Source of the DNA: Callorhinchus milii
Lineage: Eukaryota
Length of the DNA stretch: 64,000 nucleotides
Assembly (NCBI RefSeq): GCF_018977255.1
Contig: NW_024704742.1
Span: 58,344,001-58,408,000 of the forward strand
Direction of reading: 5' to 3'
The notes below the pieces were generated by a model that was not told where the DNA came from, made no database searches, and saw only the letters and a list, made by a program, of their open reading frames with translations. The stretch's first letter is position 1. Each line of letters opens with the position of its first letter. Positions 25,909 to 39,419 of the stretch are shown one piece after another. Both the position numbers and the translations under genes were made by a program.

Positions 25909-27180
25909 ACCACCACCACCACCAGCACCAGCACCACCACCAGCACCAACAGCACCACCACCAGCACCAGCACCAGCACCACCAGCACCAGCACCACCAC
26001 CACCAGCACCACCAGCACCACCACCACCAGCAGCACCAGCACCACCACCAGCACCACCAGCACCACCAGCACCACCACCAGCACCAGCACCAGCACCACC
26101 ACCAGCACCAACAGCACCAGCACCAGCACCAGCACCACCAGCAGCACCAGCACCACCACCAGCACCAGCACCACCAGCACCAGCACCACCAGCAGCACCA
26201 GCACCACCACCAGCACCACCACCACCACCACCAGCACCACCACCACCACCAGCACCACCACCACCACCAGCACCACCACCACCACCACCACCAGCACCAC
26301 CAGCACCACCACCAGCACCACCACCACCACCAGCACCACCACCACCAGCACCACCACCAGCACCACCACCAGCACCACCAGCACCACCACCACCAGCACC
26401 ACCAGCACCACCAGCACCAGCACCACCACCAGCACCACCACCACCAGCACCACCAGCAGCACCAGCACCACCAGCACCACCACCAGCACCACCACCACCA
26501 GCACCAGCACCACCACCAGCACCACCACCACCAGCACCACCACCACCCACCACCAGCACCACCACCACCACCACCACCAGCATCACCACCACAGCCACCG
26601 GCACCACCACAGCCACCAGCACCACCACCAGCACCACCACCACCACCAGCACCACCACCAGCACCACCAGCACCAGCACCACCACCAGCACCACCACCGC
26701 CACCAGCACCACCACCACCAGCACCACCAGCACCACCAGCACCACCACCAGCACCACCAGCACCACCACCAGCACCACCAGCACCAGCACCACCACCAGC
26801 ACCACCAGCACCACCAGCACCAGCACCACCACCACCAGCACCAGCACCAGCACCACCACCAGCAGCACCAGCACCACCACCAGCACCACCACCACCACCA
26901 CCAGGACCAGCACCACCACCAGCACCACCACCACCAGCACCACCACCAGCACCACCAGCACCACCAGCACCACCACCAGCACCACCAGCACCACCACCAG
27001 CACCAGCACCACCAGCAGCACCAGCACCACCACCAGCACCAGTACCACCACCAGCACCACCACCAGCACCACCAGCACCACCACCAGCACCACCACCAGC
27101 ACCAGCACCACCAGCACCACCACCAGCAGCACCACCAGCACCAGCACCACCACCAGCACCAGCACCACTAGCACCACCAC
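25909..27180. repeat. Mixed (CAC/CAG)n trinucleotide tract, about 1.27 kb
   Basis: Directly visible. A 1-nt register shift near 26548 changes the frames from Thr/Ser to His/Gln (+) and from Val/Leu to Gly/Ala (-). Confidence 0.98.
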
Positions 27181-27200
27181 CGCCGTCGCCGCCTGCACTT

Positions 27201-27209
27201 CTTTATATA
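27201..27209 (-). promoter_or_regulatory. TATA-box-like TATATAAAG oriented toward WWC2
   Basis: Minus strand reads GTATATAAAGAAGTGCAGGCGGCGACGGCG, about 30 nt before the triplet tract begins. Confidence 0.35.
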
Positions 27210-29444
27210 CTGGACAAAACACTTCTTATTTGACTGTCCTGGGGTGGGGGGGCGCTGGTGGTAAACGGTGTCTCCCAGGAGCTGAACTGGCTCCAACTTG
27301 ACTTGTTCGCCAATGGTATATGGGAATCGAGCCGGCCCTCTGTGGCAGTCTCCAGTCCGGTTCCTGAGCCAGAGGGGTCCGCGGCGTTCCAGGGCGCTGC
27401 TGATGGCAGCACAAGTCTGGCTCGTCGACAGGACCCCGAAGGCAGACTGGTCACCGGGGTCAGGGAGTCATCCCACTCAGCTTCTGTTAACCCTGCCAGC
27501 CAAAGCCCTAATGGCCCAAGGTGGACAAACAGCGGCAACATTTGCCGACAGTTTTAAAAGCATTTGGTTTTGTCCCTATGAGCCTTGAATGGTTTCAAGT
27601 TAAATGGCAGATGAGAGAGAGCGATAGGAATGGAGTGCGCTTAGTTTTTTTTTGCTTGTTATTACAACCATTTCCTTTGTCCAGAAATGTAATGAATATA
27701 AATACATTGGTATATAAATACCATGAACTAGCACACCATCCCCCATCCCACACCAACTTCACTCAACTCATACATTCTGTCTGTACTCTGTTACTTTGGG
27801 CTCCAGATCTGGGAAATGAGTGGGAGCAGGTTCCACAAGAGGTTGAAGGACCAAGGTTTGTCATCTGGTGAATTGCATTGCAGGAAGACCACAAAGATAT
27901 TGACTTGACTCACACCTCTCCTACACTTTAGCTGCATTGACAGATGTGATTTGGACCTTATGAAATAAAAATGAAGTGTGATTGTCCAAGAAATGGTTTC
28001 ATTCAAAGCATTTAATCTAGACTCCTGATGTATCTTTACTGCAAGGCAAAAGAGCGCGGTGACTCCATATCCAGGGTGACTATGTAGGCATGAGTCGTCC
28101 GGGACCGCAAGGGGTGCGCTGTAGCCAGGAGGATCTACAGGGCGCATCCACCAGGGAACGCCACGAGTACACCCAAAACTGATTGAAGTAAGGGTAGAGA
28201 AGGACGCTCAAGATGTAAGCAATGAGTGTCACGAAAATGTATACACGGTAAACATGTGCGCGTGGTGCACATTGGGGTACCTTCCGAAAGCAGCAAGAGC
28301 ATCTTCTCAGGCTGTGTGCAGGCGCGCACATGGATGTGGTGTACACAGGGGCGACTCCCAAGTGTGTTAAAGGGAGAGTCCCAAAAAACCTGTGCGCAAC
28401 CTATGTGCGGTAAAGGAATGTACCGTAAACAACAGAAGGTTTTTTGGATCGGGAGGAAGGGAACAATTGTAACAGAAGATGTTGTGTTTGTTTTGGATTT
28501 CTATTGTACTAAATATTATATTTATAAATAAATATATATTTAAAAAAAACTACACGAACACACACTTCGCCTGCACAGAGCGAGCAGCTGTCACTGTGAC
28601 AGAGTAGCACAGCCTCCACAGCTGTCAGTTTATTTGTTAAAATTTGTTCAAGTTAAGTACAGTATATGTTTATGTATAAATCTATGTGTCTATCAAAATG
28701 TTTTGTTCATTTTGTTCATTCTAACCACCCAAATCCCTCAGAATTTAACAATCAGGCAGAACCTCACAGAAAGTAAGGTCTAACATTTCTACTCGCAGAG
28801 ATCTTGTCACAACAGTCAAACTAGCTACCACATGGCTGGCTGAGGTGCAGGCGACCTTTCCCACACATAAGACCACTTATTGCAAGAGTTCGCTAGGTTA
28901 ATGTCACCTTGGAGCCATTTCAGCCCCAAGGAGACATTGCTTACCTCCCCACCAAGGAGGATAATCACTAGTTGGTCATTTGACATCTCACAAGGCAGGA
29001 TTGAGCCCTCACTAGGTAGAGTTGTCAATGATATATCCGATATTTTACTTGCGGGAATATGCACAATGCAATTTTATGAGTTATAAGCGAGTAATAAAAT
29101 AAAGAGGGACCTCTTATGAATATTTTGGATGGGAAGCAGCCGGGATATTGACAGCATGATGATATAAAATGTGATGATATATGCCAGGATCTTATTATAA
29201 GGATTTAAACCAAACATTAAGACAATAAAACGTTAAAATTAATTCATGTCATGAACCTATGTCACTGCATCACCCTGTCGGATGATATCATTAGACCAAT
29301 TGTAAATGAATGCAGGAGAGTTACTGTGATTCTCAAAATCTTTTCAGTTGGTTAGACTCTTGCAGTACCCAAACGCACACGTCCCCAATCCTTGGCTCTT
29401 ATCAACCTGTGCCGAATGCTTTCTGGAATTAGGTAAGCAGGATA

Positions 29445-29760
29445 TAATAATAATAATAATCCTTGCATTTGATATAGTACTTTTCACGTCGGGAGGACGT
29501 CCCAAAGCGCTTCACAGAACACACTGTAAAGTGAATTGACTGTATATTTGTGGGCGAACGCGGCAGCCAATTGCGCACAGCAATGTCCCACAAACAGTCG
29601 TAGATTGAAAATGACCAATTTATTATTGTTTTGTTTTGGAGGGATTATTATTAGGCTCTGTGTGGAGTAAGGAAACTTGCCCAAGGTTTCGCCCTCTGCC
29701 TGGAATTGAGCTCAGGTCTCTTGCTTGCAAAGCGAGTGCTCTAACTACTGAGCTACAGGA
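29445..29760 (-). mobile_element. Young tRNA-derived SINE splitting an unclassified repeat
   Basis: Same family; CAGGATAT occurs at both junctions. Confidence 0.9.
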
Positions 29761-32759
29761 TATGTCTCTCCAGGGAGAGTGTGGATTCCGTTCTAATAAA
29801 CATCTCTGGGATTATGATGTGTAGGTGGGATGCATGGAATTCACAGTTTGGTTTGCATGCTCTTAAGCATGGTGATGGGTTTACAGATGTGTCAGACACC
29901 CAGCTGACCGAAAAAGAGAGAGTTTCTCCCAGTGTCCTTATGTTATAAGCGAGTATTGAAATAAAGGGGGAACCCCTTATAAGCATATTGGATGTGAAGT
30001 GGCTAGGAGATTGACAACATGATTATATAAGTCATGTGATGATATAAGACAGGATTTTATTATCAGGATTTAAAGCAAACATGAAGACAACAATCCTCCA
30101 AGATAAAATTGGTCATTCATTTAATGCGTTGCTTGTGAGACAGTGTTGTGTGTAAATTGGCTGCCGTGTTTATCTACAAAATACACAGGCACTACACTTG
30201 ACTGAATCCTGTGACGTGCTTTTAGTTTAGTGACCAGTCACATACTTCAAAGTAACTGAGATGTTTCAACTAGCCAAGGTGCGATATCGAGTGCAAGTAT
30301 TATTAACATAGTCTCAAGTGCTGTCATGGGGAAAGCTCAAGGCCTCATAGGAAGTGAGGAAAAATCTCTGGATGTTTTGTGGAACATTGCCATTTGTGGG
30401 ACATTGCTGTGTTTTCCTACAAATACACATTCACTACAATTAAACATAAATCCTGTGAAGTGCTTTGGGACATTTCAATTATGTAGTAAGGTTTAGCAAA
30501 TGCAAGGATTATTATTTTTTCATATTATAATGGCATGTATCAAGGTGTACTATTTTGGGTAGGATTAAATCTAGCACACTGAATAAACATATCAATTTAA
30601 TTCCATAATCAGGTTTGTATCTCCTTCAAAAAATCTAATTTTCTGTTGCTATATGGTTGTGATACAGAATGGCAATTTTGAGTGGATTTAAGCACGACTA
30701 GTGCATCATTAATTCAGTTACCCTTCCATGTAGCAAAATGCCTCACATCAGTGGCTTGTTGGCAGTCTTTCCAGAGGATGAGATAGTAACTGTGAAATGA
30801 GGAGAGTAATATGGATGAGATATTATCTCGTCTGGAAGGCAAATAATGAATTACCTGGCCAACCAAAGAGCAGTATATATAGAAGGTCTGCTTTGCCAAA
30901 GACATAACATGCTGGCTGCAGATTTTGGATTCATGCCATTGGCCACAACAAGTCTGACTAGACCTGTAAAAGTTCCAGCTGGATTCACTGTTCTACAGCT
31001 GATTCATTCCAAGAACTCTGAGTGTGGTTGAGAGGAATCATTATATTGGAATTTTATCATATAGTGCAGATAGATTCAGTCTTTAACAAATATGCAGAAA
31101 AATTAACCACCAATACAGGAACATTTCTTAAGCTATTCTAGGCTTTCCTGGAATTTTGCCCACATTGAGATAGTGTCAACCCATATGGTTGTGTGAATCA
31201 GCTAACATGGCTATCACCCCCTCAGTGCGGAGGTAGTTTGTGAGGCACAGAACAGAATCCTCTATTCTAAGTAGTCAATTCCAGCCTTCTCCTCTGCCAA
31301 TCTGCAAAAGTCAGATTTTCACTCACTGTGATCAAGTCTCTTGGATGGCTTTTGGGGATCAATAGGTTTAGGTTAAACCACTGCTTGTGACACCTCCCGC
31401 CCACCCCACAATCACCAGCAGAGCATCAATATATCAAAGCACAAAAGACACCTACTCCGTTATCCACATGATTTGAGAAGCTATCGTTTGAAGCTTGGAT
31501 GGTTCAAATATCTAAAATGTGTCTGCTAGTGGCATTGGATGAAAGTACCCATGAAGTTCATGAAAAGTGCATTGGACTTGTTCTAATTGTGTGTACATGT
31601 GGTTGCACGTTTGGCTTTTATGATGAATGGTGATGTTGTCAGTGGATCAAACACTTCTGATTACAAATTAGGAGACAGTTGGCTTGGAATAATAGAGAAA
31701 ACCATGTGACTTAATGGATAAGGTCAGGTTCATGACCATATGCTTATATATCGAGGATTTGGCATCCATCTTAATGTGTATGCAAAGGTAAGCAAGCAGC
31801 TGCTGTTGAAGCTCCATAAATCCGACATCGCTCAATGGGCAGAGATGTGTATTCGAGTAGTGGCCAAGAGGATGGCAGCAATGTTTTCATATATCTTATG
31901 CTTAGTTATGCTGCTCAGAAGTGGTTTGCAGGGAGTTCCTAGCGGCAGGAAGCTTGCTAGACAGTGCTTGCAATGGCAAGTTCTGTGGCTTTAGCTAATT
32001 AAACAACAACAGTACCCCAACAGACACTGGGATCCTCACGACTTGAATCTGGTCAACCTTTCCAGAATTTAGTTAGCAGGATGCGTCCTTGCAGGGAGAC
32101 AGTGCATAATCCATTCCAGACACAAGGACATTTCCATGTGTAGGTGACATGGAAATGTGGCACTCCCAGTCTAGCTTGGATAATCTTAAACATCATGATG
32201 GTTTTCTGCATGTGTCAAGACACCAATAAAAAAAATCTCATTTGTAAAAGAGCTGTTATTCTTTTCTCATCTCTCTCTGGATTGCTGCTTATTATAGGAA
32301 CATACTAACAAAGATAGGCATTTGACCTGTCAAGCCTGCTCCGTTTTAAATCTCTTTATTCACATTTTCAAGTAATTTCTCCATATCCCTTAATACCTTT
32401 AATATGAAAAGTGTTTTTTGTGCATTTTTTCATCACGGAATTAAATGTAGGCATCCATCTGGGTTCATATTAAAATAAGCTTCATTGAATGGAGTTCTAG
32501 TGCATTCATATGTTTTTCTGACTACCAGAGGGTTGGGAAGAATCAAAATGATCTCAAAAATGGAAGGAAACCACTTCTGTTACGAATTTGACCTCTTAAT
32601 CAATGAAACGCAGCTTCCTTGATTTGGCTGGATGCCATTTTCCATGCCATTATAACTAATAGGGATTAAAGATTTTCATTACTTAGTGCTGTCTTGTTGA
32701 GAACAGGTTAAAGCCTATTACTGGAAATGATGTGATGGTGAACTTTATATGGTTTAGTT

Positions 32760-33365
32760 CTGCAACATTGCCTGCCTCTGCCATTTCCTTTCCCCTCAGG
32801 CTTCCAAAACCCTCATCCATGTTTTCATTACATCTAGGCTTGACTATGCCAATGCCCTGCTCGACGGACTCCCCAGCTCATCCCTATACAAGCTGCAGAC
32901 TATCCAGAACTCTGCAGCCCCTGTCCTCTCCCGCACCAGATTGTGTGAGTCTTTCACCCTCCCATCTTCACTTGGCTTTCCTGCCACTCCATTCCCCGGT
33001 GGATCAAGTTCAAGATCCTTGTTCTCACCTGCAAATCCCTACATGGTCTCACCCTATCTCTGCAACTTCCTTCAACCCTACCAATGCAGCCACTCCACTC
33101 AGCAAACACTGGCCTTCTTTGTGTTCCCATCCTATCAGCATCACCATCAGTGGGTGGGCTTTCAGCCATTCTGCTCCCGTGCTTTAGAACTCCATCTGTA
33201 GTCCCTCGCTCCCTCACTTTCCTCACTTAAAGCACATCTCAAGAATGCGCTTTCTGTTATCTTTCCCTTCTTGAGCCTCTTCAGCTCCCATCTCCAGCCT
33301 GGGTTCCAGCCATTAGTGTCAAGTACATTGAGATTCCTTCCCAATGTGAAAAGCACTATTAAATG
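32760..33365 (+). mobile_element. Degenerate L2 fragment
   Basis: SRLDYANAL, KLQTIQNSAA and FKILVLT remnants. Confidence 0.8.
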
Positions 33366-35789
33366 TAAATTATATTATTGTGTCTTCTATTGCATTATAG
33401 TAAATTACCAGGTGGCTGTGCAGGAACTGGCATTATTGCAACTTGATAGTAATAATAATAATAATAATAAATAATGATTTTGTTATGTTTGGGGAATAAG
33501 CATGCTGTTGAACAGAGCAGATGTTCTTGACCTGGTAGTGCTTGATGCTCACACGGAGTAGTCAAAATTACAAAGTGTTCCAAATCCTATCAGCACTAAT
33601 ATTCCTTACCATTATGAGCACATAATTCACCAAAAAGCATTTTTAAATGTTGTATCACCTTATTTCAGTTGGTAGCACTTTCACCTCTGAGTCAGGTCAT
33701 TATGGGTACAAGCCCCATGTCAGAACTTGGAAATCACTCAACAACAATAATAATAATAATTTAGATCAACTAGATTAAAGTTGAAGAATTCTACTACCCC
33801 AACCCCGATATTGAATTGGTTACACACTAAAAGTTTTGTATTTTAATTTCAAGATGAAATCTGTAAGATATTCACAGCGAGTGTTTACACCAGGACAATG
33901 TAAATCTTTTTTCTTTGACAAATCCCAGACAAATCAGGACTTGGAACTTATATAGTCTATGCTGACACTCCATTTCAGTGCTAGAGGTGTGCTTCTCTGA
34001 CGGGTACAGTCCTTCGGATGAGACGTTAAACTGAGGTCCCGTCTGCCTGTCCAGATGGACATTAAAGAGCCTGCTACTTGAAAAGAGAAGGGAGTTTATC
34101 CCAGTGTCCTGGCCAACAATCTCCCGAATAAAATTGGTCATGACTTCATGGCCGTTTGTGAGCTATTGCTGTGGGTAAATTAGCTGCCAAATTCGCTGAC
34201 AAAATACACACAATCAATCCACATAACAGTACTGTATATCCTGTGAAGCGCTTTGAGACATCTCAACAATGTGATGAGGGGCTATATCAAATTCCAAGGA
34301 TTATTAAATGTGCTTCAAGGTATTTTTAGATGGGAGTTTTTAAATCTGAAACATGAACACAGTAAATAACTCTGCATCCGCACTACCTGACAAGTTTCTG
34401 GGATTCTTCTGGAAATTCAACAGTAATACAGATCTGGTCCTGATTAATGGGAGACATTCTGCTATAGATTTAATGTCAGTGGAACCCAGGTTGAAGTCAT
34501 GCAAATGTCTTTCACAACTTGAAGCCCAATATATTTGAAAAGCAGTCTGAGGCCAGGCTAAATGCAATCAGGCTACATTCACTCTGACTTTGAAGTGTGT
34601 TGGCCTGTAACAGGTTGAATTCACAAGCTATAGTGTTCCCTGCCAAATATTGCCTGAGGCTTGATTCTTGATTCATTCAATGCTCAACTATCTTTAAATT
34701 GGCATTACATGCTGAAATTAAATGAGACATGCAAAAAATTGGGTAGGTTGGAGATCCAGGAAAGTAAACCATATTTGGAGAATGCCTTCAGGCAAAGTGA
34801 TGTTATGTTGCTTTTTTTTAAAAACGTTTAAGGTGCTCTGAAGTATTTAATTGCAGCGCCTTACACACATGTAATAAAAAAAATTCTTGTTCACTGACAG
34901 CTCAGTTGATAAAGTCACTGACAAGGTGACACTGAGTCTTACAGACCCAGAAGGCCCAGGTTTAATCTGTGGTCTGCAGCTGATCACACACAAGACTGTA
35001 GTAACAATGCTACAATTGATTTCAGCTCCTCTACGTTAAGGAGGATAAAAATAAGCCTAGATTCCCCCAGTTGATCACTGTCCAAGTGTGCTTGTGTGGA
35101 TGTGAAGTAAAAACAGGATTGGCCTTGGCTGTGTTGCCCTTCACAATTGAATAATCCTCCAACATTCACCGTCTGTGACAACTCAATCGAATGAGGTACC
35201 CACAAACCTTACAAAAATATAAGTCATTATTATCAAGAGGGGAAGGAAGAAAATTGGAGGGAGGGAAAATGATTAACAGATGTGAAGAGAATGAAACGCA
35301 GGGTGACATTTACAGCATTTTATTGTGTGTGTTAATTATCACATTGTACAATACAATACAGTGAAAACCTGATAAGATTGCTTCATTAAGTGAGAAATTA
35401 ATTGTGATCAAAACAAACACCTGAGAAATTTCATCAAAATGGTTCCATTTTGAACTAAGTATGGCTGAAATTTATGACACAATAAAATTAACTGCTGCTC
35501 ATCAAACTGCCAGATATCTAATTGGTCAATCATGAAATGCCTATTCACTCAATGATGTTTGCTGATTAATTATTCATTTTGAAGTGTTTTTGCAAAAATA
35601 GATATTACTCACATGACTGAATAATAATTATCCTTGCATAAATGCATGGTGAATAGCACTGTGTTTGTAGTAAACAGAATCCCTCTTGGCACACCGAACA
35701 ATTTCCTATCGCCAGATTCCAGTTTTGAAGGCTTTTGCAGATTTCGGTTAAGTATTACATTAGATAAGACTGTATTAACCATTGCAGAA

Positions 35790-37775
35790 AAAAAACAGCT
35801 AAGATGAGTAGTAAACCCGAGGATTGGGAGAACTTTAGGGATCAACAAAGGAGAACTAAAAAAGTGATTAAGAGGGAGAAAATGGAATATGAGGGCAAAC
35901 TAGTGAAGAACATAACAACAGACTGTAAGAGTTTTTATAAATATATAAAGAGGAAGAGGCTGTCAAAGGTAAATGTGGGTCCGCTGCAGGCAGAGACGGG
36001 GGGAATTATAGTAGGGGACAAAGACATGGCAGAGTCATTAAACAAGTACTCTGCTACTGTCTTCACCTTAGAAGACACTGAAAACCTACCAAGAATAGAG
36101 GGGAACCAAGAAGACAATGTTAGCGAGCAACTTGGGGAAATTAATATTAGTAAAGAAATGGTTTTAGGTAAATTGTCAGGTCTTAAAACTGATAAATCTC
36201 CTGGACCTGATGGCCTACATCCTAGGATTTTAAAAGAGGTGGCTACTGAGATAGTGGATGGCTTGTCTTTGATCTTCCAAAATTCTCTGGATTCCAGAAC
36301 GGTTCCCATTGATTGGAAGATTGCAAACGTAACACCACTATTTAAGATGGGTGGGAGAGAAAAGATGGGGAACTATAGACCAGTTAGTCTGACTTCAGTG
36401 GTAGGGAAAATTCTTGAGTCCTTAATTAAAGATGTCGTTATGGGATTCCTGGAAGACCATAACAAGATTAGGCAGAGTCAACATGGCTTTACAAAAGGGA
36501 AGTCATGCTTAACTAATCTTTTAGAGTGTTTTGAAGATGTATCTAGCAGGTTAGATAGGGGGGAACCAGTAGATGTAGTATATTTAGATTTTAAAAAGGC
36601 ATTTGACAAAGTGCCACACAAAAGGCTATTGCACAAGGTTAAGGCCCACGGGATTAATGGGAACATATTAGCATGGATTGAAGAGTGGCTAATGGGTAGA
36701 AAACAGAGAGTAGGGATAAACGGGTCATTCTCGAATTGGCAGGATGTGACTAGTGGAGTGCCACAAGGATCAGTGCTTGGGCCTCAGCTATTTACAATTT
36801 ACATCAATGATCTAGACGAGGACATTGAATGTAACGTATCTAAATTTGCGGATGACACTAAACTAGGTGGGAGAGTAAGCTCTGAGGATGATGCAAAAAG
36901 ATTGCAACGGGATATAGATAGGCTAGGGGAGTGGGCGAGTAGGTGGCAGATGGAATTTAATGTGGGGAAGTGTGAAGTTATTCACCTAGGTAGAAAAAAT
37001 AGAAAAACAGATTATTTTCTAGAGGGGGAGAGATTAGATAGTGTTAGTGTTCAGAGGGATTTGGGTGTCCTTGTACACCAGTCTCAAAAAGTTAGTTTGC
37101 AGGTGCAGCAAGCAACTAAGAAGGCGAACGGCATGTTAGCGTTCATTGCAAAAGGTTTAGAGTACAAGAGTAGGGAAGTCTTGCTGCAACTGTATAGGGC
37201 CTTGGTGAGACCGCACCTAGAGTATTGTGTGCAGTTTTGGTCTCCTTATTTAAAAAAGGACATACTTGCCTTAGAGGGGGTGCAGCATAGATTCACTAGG
37301 TTAGTTCCTGGGATGAGGGGACTGACCTATGAGGATAGGCTGAATAAACTAGGGCTATATTCTCTAGAGTACAGAAGAATTAGGGGAGATCTTATTGAAA
37401 CATATAAGATTCTTAAAGGGCTGGATAAAGTAGACACTGAGGGACTGTTTCCCCTGGTAGGAGAATCTTTAACCAGGGGTCACAGTCTTAAAATGAAGGG
37501 TCAGCCTTTTAGAACAGAGTTGAGGAAACATTTCTTCACTCAGAGTGTAATGAATTTACTACCCCAGAAGGCTGTAGATGCTCAGTCCTTGAACATCTTC
37601 AAGGCAGAGACTGATAGATTTTTTAAAAATAGAGGGATTAGGGGATATGGGGATAGGGCAGATAATTAGAGTTAGGTCTGAAGATCAGCCATGATCTTAT
37701 CAAATGGCGGGGCAGGCTCGAGGGGCCAAGTGGCCTACTCCTGCTCCTAATTCTTATGTTCTTATGTTCTTATGT
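35790..37775 (+). mobile_element. CR1-clade LINE, 5'-truncated, with an uninterrupted 621-aa RT frame (35804-37669)
   Basis: Motifs [43 protein letters not shown] and KFADD; 3' tail (TTCTTATG)n at about 37751-37774; no endonuclease domain. Confidence 0.97.
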
Positions 37776-39419
37776 ATGTGGCAGCCAATATCCCACAAAC
37801 ATCCAGGAAGTGAATGATCGGTATCTGGTGGATTGTTGTCCAGAACACCAGGAGAATTTCTCTACTCGTTTCAAATAGTGCCATGTGATCTTTATCATCC
37901 ACCTGCACGGGCAGATGAGTCCTCGGCTTAACGTCTCATCCTAAGTACAGCACTCTGACAATGTAGTGCACCCCTGCATTGTATTGAAATGTCAACCTAA
38001 ACTGATCATATGGTCCCAGGTTGAAGGCCTGACCTGCTGTGTGGTAACTTCAGCCTTTCTACCCTCACTCTCTGGAACTCTGAATCTCTCTGCCTCACCC
38101 CCTTCTTTGCCTCCTTCAAGGCCCACCTCAAGACCTTCCTTGTTAACCGTGCATTTAACATCCTCCCACCCCCACCCCCCCTGTCCTCACCCCTCTTGGC
38201 TTCAAACTCCAGCTCGGGTGCAAACCCTTGATTTCATTTTGCATTCATAAATTTTCATGTTGGGGGATATCACAAAGCATTTCACGGCATTCACTGTAAA
38301 GTGTAGTGATTGTGAATGTGTGTTAATTGAACTCAGTGGACAGCAGAAGACACTTGGCTTCCTATCCTTGGGTGGAGAGAAGAATACCAGCCGGAGTTCC
38401 CATTTCTGATTGCTGCCTCGTGACCCCGGCTGGAAGTGTGGGTGAGAGTAGGATGGGGGCTCAACGGTGATGCCTTTCATGACTGAATAGTCTAACTCTG
38501 CTCATTATCAAAACTCACATGTTCATTTATGGCTACCTGGGGTAAGCAGTCCCATTGAATGACAGTAAGAGGAAAAAGGGAGTCAAATAGCTTCCTGAGA
38601 GGAAGGGAGTAGAGAAAATTAGAGGAGAGATTAGATCAGGAATAAAATATTCTGCAAATTTGTGCCTGGACAATTAGAAATAATTAATGTCATTGCATGA
38701 TTTAATTTAATATTCATAAATTAATATTACATTAATTATTCCCATGCACACAGTGACATATTTATGAAATGTACAGAACAAATCAGAATAATGGTATGCC
38801 ATATCATCGAATCTTCTACCTGGAGCTCACAGAGCACAGCAATCCCCAAAGTTGTTCAATCCATTTTGTTGGAAAGAAAATTTAGTATGGGTTGAATTCC
38901 TTGTTGATTTTCAACATTATTTTCCAATGCATATACACAACTCAGAAGGAACTATAAGGAACAGCTGAACAGGTGGCAGCCTGGCTCAGTTGGTAGTTCT
39001 CTCATCACTGCATCAGACGTCTGTGAGTTCAGGACTTTGAATGCACGTAGTCTAGGCCAGTAGTGACCAACCTTTCTGTTGGCTGATAGATTTTTATTTA
39101 TTGAATTTTTCTTAATCGATGGTGTGCCATAATAACATAATAATAATCCTTGCATTTGATATAGTGCCTTGAGATGGCTCAAAGCACTTTAAATTCAGCG
39201 CCATTAATATCACGGCTCAGTAGCTACTGGAACTTTGTCTCAGACTTGTCTTAATGGTGAGGGTGTTTGTGGGCCACTTCTTGATGCTCTGACCAGTTGG
39301 AGACCTTTGGTCTGCACTGACACTCTAATGCAGTGCTGGGGAAAGCTGCGTAGATCAAGGTGCCATCCTTCAAATGAGAAGTTAAACTGAGTCCCATCTG
39401 CATGTTTAGCTGGACATTT

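Noticed and set aside
25864..27222. 452-, 433- and 215-aa ORFs as mucin-like, His-rich or Gly-rich protein genes
   Set aside because: They arise because CAC/CAG triplets lack stops; the listed starts are non-ATG and there is no domain content.
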